This document shows positions 26,020-38,400 of a stretch of DNA of 64,000 bases, piece by piece. Under the pieces are notes generated by a model. It saw only the letters and a list, made by a program, of their open reading frames with translations, made no database searches and was not told the DNA's origin. The stretch's first letter is position 1, and every line of letters begins with the position of its first letter. The stretch lies in the NCBI RefSeq assembly GCF_902652985.1, contig NC_047020.1, positions 36,642,001 to 36,706,000 on the forward strand, in the 5' to 3' direction. The translations under genes and the position numbers were made by a program. The stretch is from Pecten maximus. Taxonomy: Eukaryota.

Positions 26020-27270
26020 CAGAAATATCACGCATTATGGGACCAGCGATATAACACCTTAGGGGGTTGACAGGTTGACAGATATATCACATCCTAGGGG
26101 TTGACAGAGATATAACACCCTAGGGGTTGACAGGTTGACATATATATCACATCCTAGAGGTTGACAGGTATATCACATCCTAGGGGTTGACAGATATATC
26201 AAATCCTAGGGGTTGACAGAGATATAACACCCTAGGGGTTGACAGGCTGACAGATATATCACATCCTAGGGGTTGACAGAGCTATCACACTTTAGGGAGG
26301 GCAGTGATATAACACCCTAGGGGTTGACAGGCTGACAGATATATCACATCCTAGGAGTTGGCAGAGATATAACACCCTAGGGGTTGACAGGTTGACATAT
26401 ATATCATATCCTAGGGGTTGGCAGAGATATCACACTTTAGGGAGGGCAGTGATATAACACCCTAGGGGTTGGCATTAATTTCACAACCTAGAGGTTGGCA
26501 AATATATTACACCTTGGGGAGTTACAGAAATAACACAACTTAAGGGATGACAGAGATATCACACCCTACGGCCGGGTTAAGAGAGATATCACACCCTAGG
26601 GGTTAAGAGAGATATCACACCCTAGGGGTTAACAGACATATCATACCCTAGGTGGTGACAAATATATTACACCTTAGGGAGTTACAGAGATATCACACCC
26701 TAGGAGTTAAGAGAGATATCACACCCTAGGGGTTAACAGATATATCATACCCTAGGTGGTGACAAATATATTCCCTAGGAGGTGACAAAGATACCACACT
26801 TTAAGGATAATAGAGATATCACATCCTGGGGGTTGACAGAGATATCGCACCCTTGGGGATGACAGAGATATCACACCCTAGGGGGTGGCAGAGGTATCAC
26901 ATCCTAGAGGGCACACAGATGCACTCACCACACTCATGCATGTCGTACGCACGGGAGGCCGTCCTTAAATGACCTTAGCTGTTAATAGGACGTTAAACAA
27001 AATAAACCAAACCAAACAAAACCCTAGAGGGTGACAGAGAAATCACACTCTAGGGGTTGAAAGAGAAATCATAGCCTAGGTGTTGACAGATATATCACAC
27101 TGTAGGTGGTGACAGAGATATCACACCCTAAGAAATGACAGAAATATCACAGCCTGGGGTTCACAGAGATATCACACCATAGGGTGACAGAGATATCACA
27201 CCCTAGGTGTTGAGATATATCACATCCTAGGGGATGACAGAGATATCATATCCTAGGTATTGACAGAGAC
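26020..27270 (+). repeat. ~26-27-bp minisatellite
   Basis: Unit GACAGAGATATCACACCCTAGGGGTT containing the CCCTAGGG palindrome, with occasional extra GTTGACAG. Confidence 0.9.
26912..27022 (+). mobile_element. 5'-truncated SINE copy inserted into the minisatellite
   Basis: Matches the 3' ~95 nt of the SINE at 1796-2318, ends in an AAACC-type tail, and has TSD CCTAGAGGG (26903-26911, 27023-27031). Confidence 0.85.
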
Positions 27271-27274
27271 AGGG

Positions 27275-27545
27275 CACATTTGATAAGGTAGATCTGCATG
27301 AAGTTTGCGTTTGATCGGCCCAAGCGAACTTGAGCTATTGCACGGAAATGAATTTTCTGTTTTTAGTAACAGTGACCTTGACCTTCGACCTTCGGGCATG
27401 AAAAGCAAATTCCAAGCAAGCGCTTTTGGTGAGGAAGATCTGCATGAAGTTTGAGTTTTATCGACCAAAGGGAACTTGAGTTATCCCACGGAAACCTCTG
27501 TGCGGACGACGACGCCGAGTGTTACCTATATGTCGCCTGCAAAAA
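27275..27545 (-). mobile_element. HINE-like fragment (partial ~150-bp core repeats plus GAC microsatellite)
   Basis: AGATCTGCATGAAGTTTG...GAACTTGAG occurs twice. Also TGACCTTGACCTT and GGACGACGACGCC. Confidence 0.55.
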
Positions 27546-30500
27546 AACGGCGCTTTTTCGCTTTCTTTGGGATCGAAATACAATTTTAGCGCCATTTTAC
27601 ATTGCCTTTTCGACTCGAAAAGGCAAATATGGCCCTTATCAGCCGCCATACTTATCAAGGGTCGTCATGTTAATCTGACCTTTGTTAGTTTCGACCTCGT
27701 TTTACAAAGTAACAACTAATTAAGCTTATATGTTGCTATTTCCATTTGTTTGAGTCACCTCGTCGTGTGTAGACAACGCCTTCATTTAATTGTACATGTG
27801 GCTGTTGTGAGAGAGCAAAGCATTGGACAACATACTGTCTGTACTTCTCTTGGCTCTGTGTGTCTTCGAATGTCCCATAAATCATTTTTTGTCTTACATG
27901 TCTTTGTCTGAGAACTCGTGTATCCATATATACCGCATGTGCGTATGTTGGTAAAAATCATGCTTTATATTTATAAAACTCTAATTTCAATGAAATATAA
28001 AACGACATAAATTTTTAATGTTACAAGCGTTTATTTGAGTGGTGTATCAGTAGAGGATCTAACACGAGTGTCATTAGGATATGCAATCAATCGAGTTAAA
28101 TAGTTTAATAGGTCACGCGGATGAAAACAATTTTTTATTACATTAACAGGTATGTAAGATTCTATTAAACATATAAATGATGGCAATGCCAAAATATTTC
28201 ACCTTTAAGATGGGGGGAACTTGGGATGTACGTTTATCTTAAGTGAGATAACCGTGTAACGTGACGTCACACTTTTGTTATTTGTCTTAGGATGTATATC
28301 ATATGTGAAAACACACACCAGCTATTCAATGTATGACGTCATTCATTTATAACGCCATAATAGCGTTACCACACGCACCATACCATACCTATACAAAGGG
28401 GTTATGCCATGACAGACCATGTTTGATAAGAAAATATATGATAAGACTTCTCCTAATGTAACGAAGTTACCCGTTGCCTAACGTGAATACATATGTATGT
28501 AGCTGATGAGAGAATGCCATTGGAAATCTAAACAAGCAAACAAGACGCTGGCATTTCATCATAGATGACAATATACTGAGCAAAAATAACGGTGGGTAGT
28601 ATAGGCTATATAACACTTCTAAGATGAATTAATGAACCCAATCCAATATATGTATAACAGTAAATGTGACATTGTCATTGGTGATTCATTATGATATCCC
28701 AGTATTGATATAATTCTCTTAAAAGCTCAAATTTAGAAAGAAATCCATTTCTTGCAACCGAAATAAATCTCTTATATCAATTTTCGAACTTTAACGGTGC
28801 AAGACATCTCAACTCTACCCGACATCGATGCATTTTCCTGTGGTTATTTTTTTCAAAGACATCGACGAGTCCCTTCATCTCGACAGTCCAATTCAGACAT
28901 TCACACCTTGTCATTCGCCTACAGAATCCGATTTACTGATTGGTTACTATAAGCGAGGTGCAGTATTATATATATACATTTCGTAATGAACTCTTATCCA
29001 GACAGAAATGTGTGTGATGCATTATTGCCAGTTATCTCGTTTAGGCTAGATAATGCCAAACGTCACGTTGGCAGACTTACATCTATCATGGACCCCGGAC
29101 GCCCTACATTTTCTAACAGATGACCAAACACTCATCGCACCTGAGGACTCAAGGACGATAATTCCTGGAAAGTGTTATTGGTGTAATATGGAGTCTAGGA
29201 AGGTGAGCATCATCACATCCCGACATCATGAGCCATTACTCACCTCCTGTCACATTTATCATCTCGGGTCCAAGGACGTGAGTTGCCAGCGTGTTTATCA
29301 GATTCTCTTTATACGTTCTGGATAGTCCTAGATAGTCATAAATGTTTTTTCGATAATGATTTGCTCAATAAAATGTATAGTTAGTTTAACGCAGTTTTGA
29401 TAATTCATGAAATGTCATTTTTTTTAAATGTCAAAATCAGCAACATTAAAAACTTGAAATGATATAGGGCATAGAATATCATTCCTTGCCTGGATGACAA
29501 AAGTGTGATTTTTAAAATGATGTGAAACTTGTCGATTGAGAACATTAACGTTGCTCGAAGAATTCCTCAATGTCATTTTCAATTCCCGGGGGTTCTTTCG
29601 AAAACGACATCTTAATTAACTCTACTGCCAAATTACTCTATTAAAAGCGCCTAATTGCTTTTGTATTGTGACATATATTCATCCGTCAAAGGTTCAAGCT
29701 AACATAGTCCCGGTAACTTTAAATCCCACCAATTAGCATCCACTGTATAACTAGCCTGGAATTGGCTTTTGCCATTATCATAAACCTCCCCCAGTCTTTC
29801 CCTTCGGTCAATAACCGATTCCCCACGAGTAGAAATCCTCGTAGAATACATTTAGACAGTGCAATCTCAAGGGTTTATGACTCGAACCACGACCCCATTA
29901 GTGTGAGTATATGTGTACGGGTTTGTTTTCCGAATGCCACCCGCGTAAATCTACACACGCTATTCGAAAAAAGCAAATCCGCCAGTGGACTGTCGACGGT
30001 AAAATGTACTATTGCCGAGATCTTTGACCGGGTTACACAATAGACAAGGACTATTGCCGGTATAGAAACCATTAAGCGCTTAGTCTATAAACCTGCCAGC
30101 AAACCAAGTGTGTTGTTATAGAAACTTCGTCCCTTTTGTAATTGTCTTTTCTATTGGATTTGATGCACTTTAATTTGCAACAAGTAAGACTTTGTTGTAC
30201 TTCTTTTGATCTTTGGTATTTCCCAATTTAATGGAATTACCAAAATGTTCTATGCACGCGTCCTTTTTTTTTATTTGATGTGTCGATTAATTAGATTAAT
30301 CTTTAATTGGTACTGCCCAACTTTGTCCACGTCAACATTCTTAATACTATAGTATCCACGCAAATCAATATTTTATTCACATACAACCCGAAAACATGTT
30401 GCCAATTTTATGCTCTGTTTTCAGGTGTTCTAAGTCTCCCTATTTATTTCCTCTATAGCAGATTTTTACACCACACCACATATTTTGAGGGACATAATTC

Positions 30501-31537
30501 TGATTCAGGGAGCAGATTTGGATGTTTCTAGATCGAACGTGTGACTAGTGGGGAACTTTTTTTTATACAGGTCATTATTTTTGCCGACAATTTAGGAAAA
30601 TAAATTGTTCTCGTGCCCTGCTTTGCGCTTATCGTATACTACATCTTTTATTTCTTTCATAGCATGTCCATATCATAGCATTTTTGGGGTATAGGAATTC
30701 ACTTGCCTACCGCCAACTACCACCAGTGCGTCATATTTCATAAAGTTCGCCCTTTTAATCCCTACAAGACAACATTGCAGAGAGTGACGATAAGGCATAT
30801 GCTGGTTATATAAACATCTCATAATGCTATGTGGTTAAAAAGGGAAAGCTCATCTAACACAACCTATTAAAAATATTCTCGTCGTTGAGTAATTGAATTA
30901 TTAAGCAATTTCAGCTTTCTGGATATAGAAAGACCTAGCAATATATTACGTCTTCCTGAAATCGATATGCTATGTATTATAATTCATTTTGTTTGTCTTT
31001 AACAGTGCAAGAACAGATACGGAACAGGCATTACAGTGTTGACTATCATTCTACAGAGACTAAGGACATTTAACGTGATTATAACTTCTAGATTTCATCA
31101 TCTAAGGTTTTCAACAGAACAAAACAGAAATATAATTTACCCTTATACTACAGTATAGTTTTAAAGGAGAAGATTAATGTACTTGCTGATAATCACCATA
31201 ATTTAGCTGTTAAGAGTGTGTCGCCGATCAAGGTCTCCACACAATACCGTTTCTTTCATTATACGAGCAGTACTCCCAGATCGCGTTACATCCTGTTTCG
31301 CTTCTTTTTCGCAAACGATATGACCTTTCGTCACGATTAAACTCGGCGATATGTTTTTTGAGTAATTATGAGTTTCGGACCAATTTCACAACAATTATGG
31401 CAGCGATGTATTGCAGCGATTAAGACCTGTCGCCCCGGTGTGACTTTTATGCCAAACTGACACCCCTGGTGACATGTTCAAGCAAGCGCAGATCAATTTC
31501 CGGTTATCCCATATGTTATATCATCTTTAGTTGTAAT

Positions 31538-31963
31538 TGTTAAAGGTTAGAAATTATAAAAATGTCCGTGTTAGATTAAATACAGGAATTTAATCTTAAT
31601 GTAACGGTATAGCCAGCAGATGGACTCTGTGTGTAGAAGTGATGCGGAGACAGTCTCCATATATCAATAGATAACCGGTGGGGTCTGTTGACATCTAATT
31701 AGTGTATGCTGGAGAAGTAAGGGGCCTTATCAAATTGATATGGCATGTGCTACGGACCAGTGTACCTCAGAGTTGACCTTCCCAGGACACCAAATTTTTA
31801 TAAGTAATTAATCTGATAGGAACAGTAAAAACAAACGGTAGAGCTAAGTTTGGGCAGTCATAGACGAGGGTTGGCTCGGTTACACACTTTGTACTAAACG
31901 CTAGTAAAGACGACTGTGGAAAACATATATTAATGTGTTGATTGTCGTGGGTGTTGTGTAACA
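31538..31963 (+). repeat. 5' LTR (426 bp)
   Basis: TGTTAAAGG...TGTGTAACA. No difference from the 3' LTR found by eye. Confidence 0.97.
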
Positions 31964-31966
31964 TTT

Positions 31967-31984
31967 TGGTGGCAGCGGTGGGAT
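31967..31984 (+). promoter_or_regulatory. Primer-binding site complementary to the tRNA-Leu 3' end
   Basis: TGGTGGCAGCGGTGGGAT, 3 nt after the LTR. Its reverse complement ATCCCACCGCTGCCACCA is the typical 3' end of animal tRNA-Leu(AAG/TAG). Confidence 0.85.
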
Positions 31985-32151
31985 ATATCTGTCAGACACA
32001 TCTCTGGGATATATTGAACACATTTCTGGGATATATGTATCTTAATTAAGTGTTTTAATTTTGGTATATCAAGAAACTGTTATTGGCTATTATAGCTGTT
32101 TGAGCCAAAGGAGGTCTATGAACTGTATGCAGTAACATATCACAGTGCAGT

Positions 32152-35100
32152 ATGGCAACTGAGGAAAGCCTGATAGAACTAATGACTGGTGAACAGATAG
32201 AGGAACAAGTTGATGAAGAAGTAACTATTATGACAAAGGTTTTAAAAGACAACACTGAAATGAAGGAATTTGAAATGCGAAAAATGGAAATTGAATTAGA
32301 AAAACAACGCTTAGAATTTGAAAAATACAAAATAGACCGGGAATTACAGCATCAATTGCGTCTGAAAGAACTTGAACTTGAACTTAATCGTGGCACAACA
32401 AAAACTGAAGCCACAACGAAAATTCCAGTGAAACTTAAATTACAACCATTTAATCATGACAAAGAAGATGTGCTAACATATTTGGATGAATTTGAGTCGG
32501 TATCCAAGCAAGCAGGATGGGAAGAAGATATCAAAGTCTTACATTTGAAATCCTTACTTGTTGGAGATGCTCGCGAGATTGCTTCTCATTCTAGTAAAAC
32601 ATATGAAGATCTACGGAAGGCCTTAATTACACGATTCAGCAAAAGGAGGTCTGATTATTTCGGAATGTTATCTGGTATCCAAAGAAACCACAATGAAACA
32701 TACCGAGGACTTATGGCACGCATAGATCAATATTTGGCAAGGTTCATCGGAGAGCGTGATACTATTCAGTGTTTTCGAGAAGAGTACTTCTTGAAGGCGT
32801 TGCCAGGAGCACAGTCCCAGTGGATACGTAGAAACCAGGGAACAGGGACGGTGGTAGAGGCTGCAGAGGATTATATAGTACCTCAAAGAGATCAGAATAG
32901 GCGGAGTGCTGGGCATATACCTATGGGATCGGGAGGTACGAATGCCAGTAAAGTGGTTTCACAGGAAATGTCGCGATTTGCTGGCGAGGGCAAGAAGAAT
33001 GTGGTGTGCTTTAAGTGTAAGGCACGGGGCCATATTGCCCGGGACTGTCCGAGTAATAAAAGACAAGGAGGACAAAATCAGGCTTCGTATCTTGTTAGGC
33101 AAACAATTGGGGAGCGACTGATTTGTGTGCCAGGTCTTGCAGACGGACAGGAAATAAGCTTTGTCAAGGATACTGGGGCTGATGTGACATTAATTCGTGA
33201 GGAATTTGTCAAGCCAAGTGCTATCCTTGAAGGACAGTGTATGACGTTATACACGGCGATTGGCCAGCCGTTTCAAGCAAAACGGGCAATCGTGGATCTT
33301 GACCTTCCATGCTTTAAGGGTCATGCTCAAGTTGGTGTCGTGTCGGACTTGGCTGCTGAAGCTTTACTAGGAATGGATATTCTTGACAGGTCAGTTATGG
33401 CAGTGACAAGGGCACAGTCCAAGCAGCAAGAGGCTGAGGAGCATGTCGTGGAGCGTGAAATGGAGGTAACAAAAGTACTACCTCGAAACATTATGGAAGA
33501 AAGATCGGAGGAAAGGCTGGGTGTTGATGAGCTGTCAACGGTCAACTCAGAGGAACTTTCCAAGTTACAGCGAGAGGATGAGTCGCTGAGTAAAATTAAT
33601 GCGAAGTCCTTGTCGTCAGCTGAGGAAGCTGATGAAGATGATGTTGCTTTTTATTGGGAACATGACATTCTAAGGCGAAAGTGGAGGACTGGAGATGGTA
33701 AAACAGCTGGAAAACAGTTGGTACTTCCCAAATCACTGAGACAAGCTGTCATTAAACTTGCCCATGACAGACCTTTAGCAGGACATCTTGGACAAGAGAA
33801 AACTAAGCAAAGAGTCCTACAATCATTTTATTGGCCTGGAATGTTCTCGGATATAAAAAGTTACTGTCAAACGTGTGATGTATGTCAAAAAGTGGCTAGA
33901 CGTGACCACCAGAGAGCTCCAATGGTCATTGTGCCAAGAGTTGGACAGCCATTTTGGAAAATTGCTATGGACATTGTCGGACCGTTACCAATGACAAAAT
34001 CAAGGAATAGGTTCATCCTAACTGTAGTTGACGATGCAACGCGATATCCTGAGGCATTCCCATTACCTAGCATTGAGGCGGAGAGAATTGCTACAAAACT
34101 CATGGAAATGTTCAGCCGTGTAGGTATCCCAAAAGTTATCTTGACAGATCAAGGTACTAATTTCACCAGCAAGTTACTGACGCACCTCTACAGAAACATT
34201 GGGATCAAAGGTATCAAAACAACTCCATACCACCCTCAAACAAATGGCACAGTAGAACGGTTTAACGGTACTCTGAAAGCCATGCTAAAGAAGCTGTGCG
34301 GAGGTAATGTCGAGCAATGGGATGAGTTACTGCCCTATACCCTGTTTGCATACCGTGAAGTCCCACATGAGGAAACTGGATTTTCTCCTTTCGAGCTTCT
34401 GTACGGTTGGCCTGTTCGTGGACCTTTACAAGCACTAGAATCAATCATGACAGGAGAAGGAGACACCCCAAGATCTGTGGTGGACCATATAGTAAACATA
34501 CGAGAAAAACTTCAAGATGTCAGTCAGGTGGTTCAAAATAATTTAGCAGAAAGGAAGGCCAAGGTCAAAGTATGGTACGACAAAAGGGCAACTGAAAGAT
34601 CATTCAGTCCAGGGGATGAAGTTCTTGTTCTACTCCCGACGGAGAACGCCAAGATGCTAGCACACTGGAAAGGACCATATAGAGTGACTGAAAGGGTCAA
34701 CAATGTCAATTACAAGGTCAACGTCGGAGGTCGCAGAGGAATAGTCACGTATCACGTGAACCTGCTTAAACGGTACTACCGTGCTATGTACATAGTTAGC
34801 AGAGTAGAGGGTGACGATGTTGGTCAGGAGGGAAAAATCTTTCATCCAAATGACTCGGAGGAGACAGTTAAGGATGTTAACGTCAACAAAAACGTAGGCA
34901 GTGACAAAGTGATGGAACTGTGGGCGTTGTGTGCTGATTTTGAGGATGTCTTTACGACAAGGCCAGGGAAGGCAACTGTAGTGGAACATGAGATAAAAAC
35001 TACATCAGAGATTCCCATAACACAACGGCCTTATAGGATTCCATACACTCAGCAGGCTGATGTAAAACAACAACTGGATGAGATGGCTGAGCAAGGCCTA

Positions 35101-36263
35101 ATCATACCGTCAAAGAGTCCATGGAGTTCACCAATAGTTTTGGTCAGAAAACGCGATGGAACGATTAGAATTTGTGTGGACTATCGAAAACTGAACAGCA
35201 TTACAGTGTTTGATGCTTACCCAACTCCCCGCATCGATAACATACTTGAGCAGCTGGGAAATGCTAGATATTTGAGCACTTTGGACTTAACTAAGGGTTA
35301 TTGGCAAGTGCCTCTTTCTGAAAATTCCAGAGAAAAATCTGCATTTATAACGCCGTTTGGACTCTACGAGTTCACCGTCATGCCGTTTGGAATGAAAACA
35401 GCTCCAGCAACTTTTGCACGACTCATGACACAACTACTTCAAGGTCTAAGCCATGTTTTGGCTTATTTTGATGACATCATCATACACTCCAACAGCTGGG
35501 AGGAACATATGCAGGATGTTCAGGCTGTGATGGGGCGACTTAGGGAGTATGGCTTCACTATTCGACCAAGTAAGTGTAGTTTGGGGCAGGAAGAAGTAAG
35601 GTGCCTAGGACACCTTGTTGGAGGTGGCAAAATTCAGGCAGATCCGGACAAAATCAAAGCAATGATTGAATTTCCTTTACCTATCACAAAGAAACAGGTA
35701 CGTGGATTTCTAGGGATGACAGGATATTACAGAAAGTTCATCAAAGATTTTGCTGAGCTGGCAGCACCGCTTACCGACCTTACTAAAAAGGGAGCGCCAA
35801 CAAAGGTCATCTGGAATGAACATGCTACCAAGGCTTTCAAAGACCTAAAGTCTAAAATGGTATCAGCACCAGTGCTGTCAATGCCAAACTTTGAGGAGCA
35901 GTTTGTTCTGCAAACAGACGCCAGTGACATCGCTATTGGCGCTGTTTTGACACAAAAGCAAGCAAGTGAAGAACACCCTGTAGCATACCTTAGCCGGAAG
36001 TTACTGCCGAGGGAAAGGAACTATGCCACGATAGAGAAAGAATGCCTGGCCATAGTTTGGGCAATCGAGTCCGTTGCACATTTTGTAAGTGGTACAAACT
36101 TCGTCGTGGAGACCGCCACAATCCATTAGTGTGGTTAAACCAGGTTCGAGACAAGAACCAGCGCCTATTGAGGTGGGCACTAGCTTTACAGCAATACAAC
36201 TTTTGCGTGAGATACCGTAAAGGAAAGGATAATGCCAATGCAGATGGATTATCACGTATTTAG
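32152..36263 (+). CDS. gag-pol: Gag-Pol polyprotein (capsid, CCHC knuckle, protease, integrase, RT, RNase H); 1-nt frameshift at ~36115
   Basis: Zinc knuckle CFKCKARGHIARDC (33007-33048). Protease KDTGAD (~33169). Integrase H-x6-H...CDVC, DIVGP, TDQG, VERFN and WKGPY. RT LDLTKGYWQV, MPFG and YFDD (35464-35475). RNase H TDASD and EKECLA. The 1325-aa ORF ends VETATIH*, while the shifted frame continues HNPLVWL...RLLRWALALQQYNF...NANADGLSRI*. Confidence 0.95.
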
Positions 36264-36295
36264 GACTTGGTTAATTTTCAATTAACTTGGTAAAT

Positions 36296-36497
36296 GCATT
36301 CAAACTGGACAATAAGTGAATTCAAATTGGACAATAAGTGAATTCAAATTGGACAATAAGTGTATTCAAAAGTGGACAATAAGTGAATTCAAATTGGACA
36401 ATAAGTGCATTCAAATTGGACAATAAGTGTATTCAAAAAGTGGACAATAAGTGTATTCAATGTGAACAGTAAGTCTATTTGAGTTGGATATTAAGTA
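36296..36497 (+). repeat. 22-bp tandem array in the retrotransposon 3' UTR
   Basis: Seven good and two degenerate copies of G(A/C/T)ATTCAAATTGGACAATAAGT. Confidence 0.9.
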
Positions 36498-36646
36498 ATT
36501 TTATTATGGATTTATTTGGATTCAGCTTTAAGCGTGAGTATTGTCTACTTCTTCTGTATAATCTTTATAATGTAACCGTGTACCGAGTCAACCTATCAGA
36601 TAGATATCAGTCCTATAAACTTCTCTTGTTATAGAAGTTTATTTTT

Positions 36647-36656
36647 AGGAGGGAGG
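36647..36656 (+). promoter_or_regulatory. Polypurine tract
   Basis: AGGAGGGAGG directly abutting the 3' LTR, preceded by a T run. Confidence 0.9.
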
Positions 36657-37082
36657 TGTTAAAGGTTAGAAATTATAAAAATGTCCGTGTTAGATTAAAT
36701 ACAGGAATTTAATCTTAATGTAACGGTATAGCCAGCAGATGGACTCTGTGTGTAGAAGTGATGCGGAGACAGTCTCCATATATCAATAGATAACCGGTGG
36801 GGTCTGTTGACATCTAATTAGTGTATGCTGGAGAAGTAAGGGGCCTTATCAAATTGATATGGCATGTGCTACGGACCAGTGTACCTCAGAGTTGACCTTC
36901 CCAGGACACCAAATTTTTATAAGTAATTAATCTGATAGGAACAGTAAAAACAAACGGTAGAGCTAAGTTTGGGCAGTCATAGACGAGGGTTGGCTCGGTT
37001 ACACACTTTGTACTAAACGCTAGTAAAGACGACTGTGGAAAACATATATTAATGTGTTGATTGTCGTGGGTGTTGTGTAACA
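36657..37082 (+). repeat. 3' LTR (426 bp)
   Basis: Direct repeat of 31538-31963. Confidence 0.97.
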
Positions 37083-37580
37083 GTAATTAATAAGGAAACT
37101 TGCATCACGCATAATAAAATGAATTTTGCTTTATTACCTTCCTTCTATATATTCGGTTCCTTCTGTAATATATTCTATAGATTAATGTACATGTTCTATA
37201 TCCCTAGCATCAAGATGTGACAAAGAATTTGCAACCGGCCGTGTGATATAATTTAAAGTAGACATCGAAGTACTGCTAGTGGTAAGGCATTCAGGAATTT
37301 CCCCTAAAGGACGAGATTTGTTTGTTACACCCATAACCAACGTCGGAAACCAACAAGATCCTGCTCTTGTCATTTGGGGAGGTATTAAAACGGAAAGGGC
37401 AGAGTCTCGATGGTTTCCGGTGAAGATCTTCACTGAAGGGCAAACATATTTTGCTCTCACTTTCCCCCGACAAGTTACTGCTGGGGATCTCCATAAGTTT
37501 GTAAACAAATATATTGGACAGTAGGTGCATTGCTTAACGATAGCATTACGAAAGATAAAACAAGTCTCATATGATTCATT

Positions 37581-37766
37581 TAAGAAATAATTGTTATTTT
37601 TTGTTGTTCACTGGTGTATGAACGGCATTTTTTGACAGATATTTTAAATGACGCGCATTTTTGACAGATATTTCAACATGACGCGCTGACGCGCGTCATT
37701 TAAAATATCTGTCAAAAAATGCCGTTCATACACCAGTGAACAACAAAAAATAACAATTATTTCTTA
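37581..37766. mobile_element. 186-bp foldback element with TAAG...CTTA ends
   Basis: ~75-bp near-perfect arms TAAGAAATAATTGTTATTTTTTGTTGTTCACTGGTGTATGAACGGC... The loop contains a partial duplication of the arm. Confidence 0.75.
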
Positions 37767-38049
37767 TATTTACATTTCAAAACTATTTTTCAACGTAATC
37801 TTTGAAAAAAATCATAAGAAACAGTATTCTACGTTCGTTATACGTAGTGACGAAACAGCTGAAAGATCGATGTAACAGCGTAACAGATAGTTCCAATTTG
37901 GCGGGAAAGGTCATCAAGGTCATCAAGTACACAAGTACACAAAATATAGTTCCACACAAATTCATTAATTCAATCACGTCACGTTAACATTGTGTTATAT
38001 CTTTAAAGAAATATTTCAACAAGCATTCTCTAACTTGAGGACGTGAAAG

Positions 38050-38400
38050 GGAAATCTCCAACCCTCGGCGTGATGGTCTTGATCGTCTAACCCTCAACAG
38101 AGCCTTCGGTTAGACAAGAAAATCACCCCTCGGGTTGCAGTTTTTTCTGCGACACCCTCAAAGTTGGGGAATGTTCTATTAGTAAAAACAAATAACAGTG
38201 TACAATGTATGTCATACATAGGAATCTTACACATCTGAAATGGAAGACTAATAGAATCTAACATGGGTCTGTTCCGTGGACAGGGATATCTCAACTCGCG
38301 TGTAAGAGTTTGGCCAGTCAGCATGAGGCTTGCCGAGTACTGACCAGCCAAACAATTACACGAGGGTTGAGATATCCTTGTTCACGGAACAGGACCAATG
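38050..38400. mobile_element. Two adjacent imperfect hairpin elements (possibly Crypton-like non-autonomous)
   Basis: 38050-38146: CAACCCTCGG...CCTCGGGTTG. 38262-38400: CATGGGTCTGTTCCGTG...GAGGCTTGCCGAG loop...CACGGAACAGGACCAATG. Family assignment is tentative. Confidence 0.5.

Larger units (their letters stand above)
31538..37082 (+). mobile_element. Full-length Gmr1-type Ty3/gypsy LTR retrotransposon
   Basis: Two 426-bp TG...CA LTRs, 5-bp TSD GTAAT (31533-31537, 37083-37087), PBS and PPT. The single gag-pol ORF has gypsy-type motifs, but integrase lies upstream of RT. Confidence 0.95.

Noticed and set aside
32668-36255. Antisense and alternative-frame ORFs overlapping gag-pol (likewise 61465-62793 over the HECT ORF)
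   Set aside because: Shadow ORFs of real coding sequence with no motifs. The exception is 36042-36263, whose 3' part is the true RNase H end.
36264-36656. Possible env gene
   Set aside because: Only ~390 bp, half of it tandem repeat, with no ORF.
31538-37082. Assignment to Ty1/copia or to the bivalve Steamer element
   Set aside because: RT, RNase H and GPY motifs are gypsy-type, not copia. Steamer has the standard RT-RH-INT order, whereas integrase here precedes RT.
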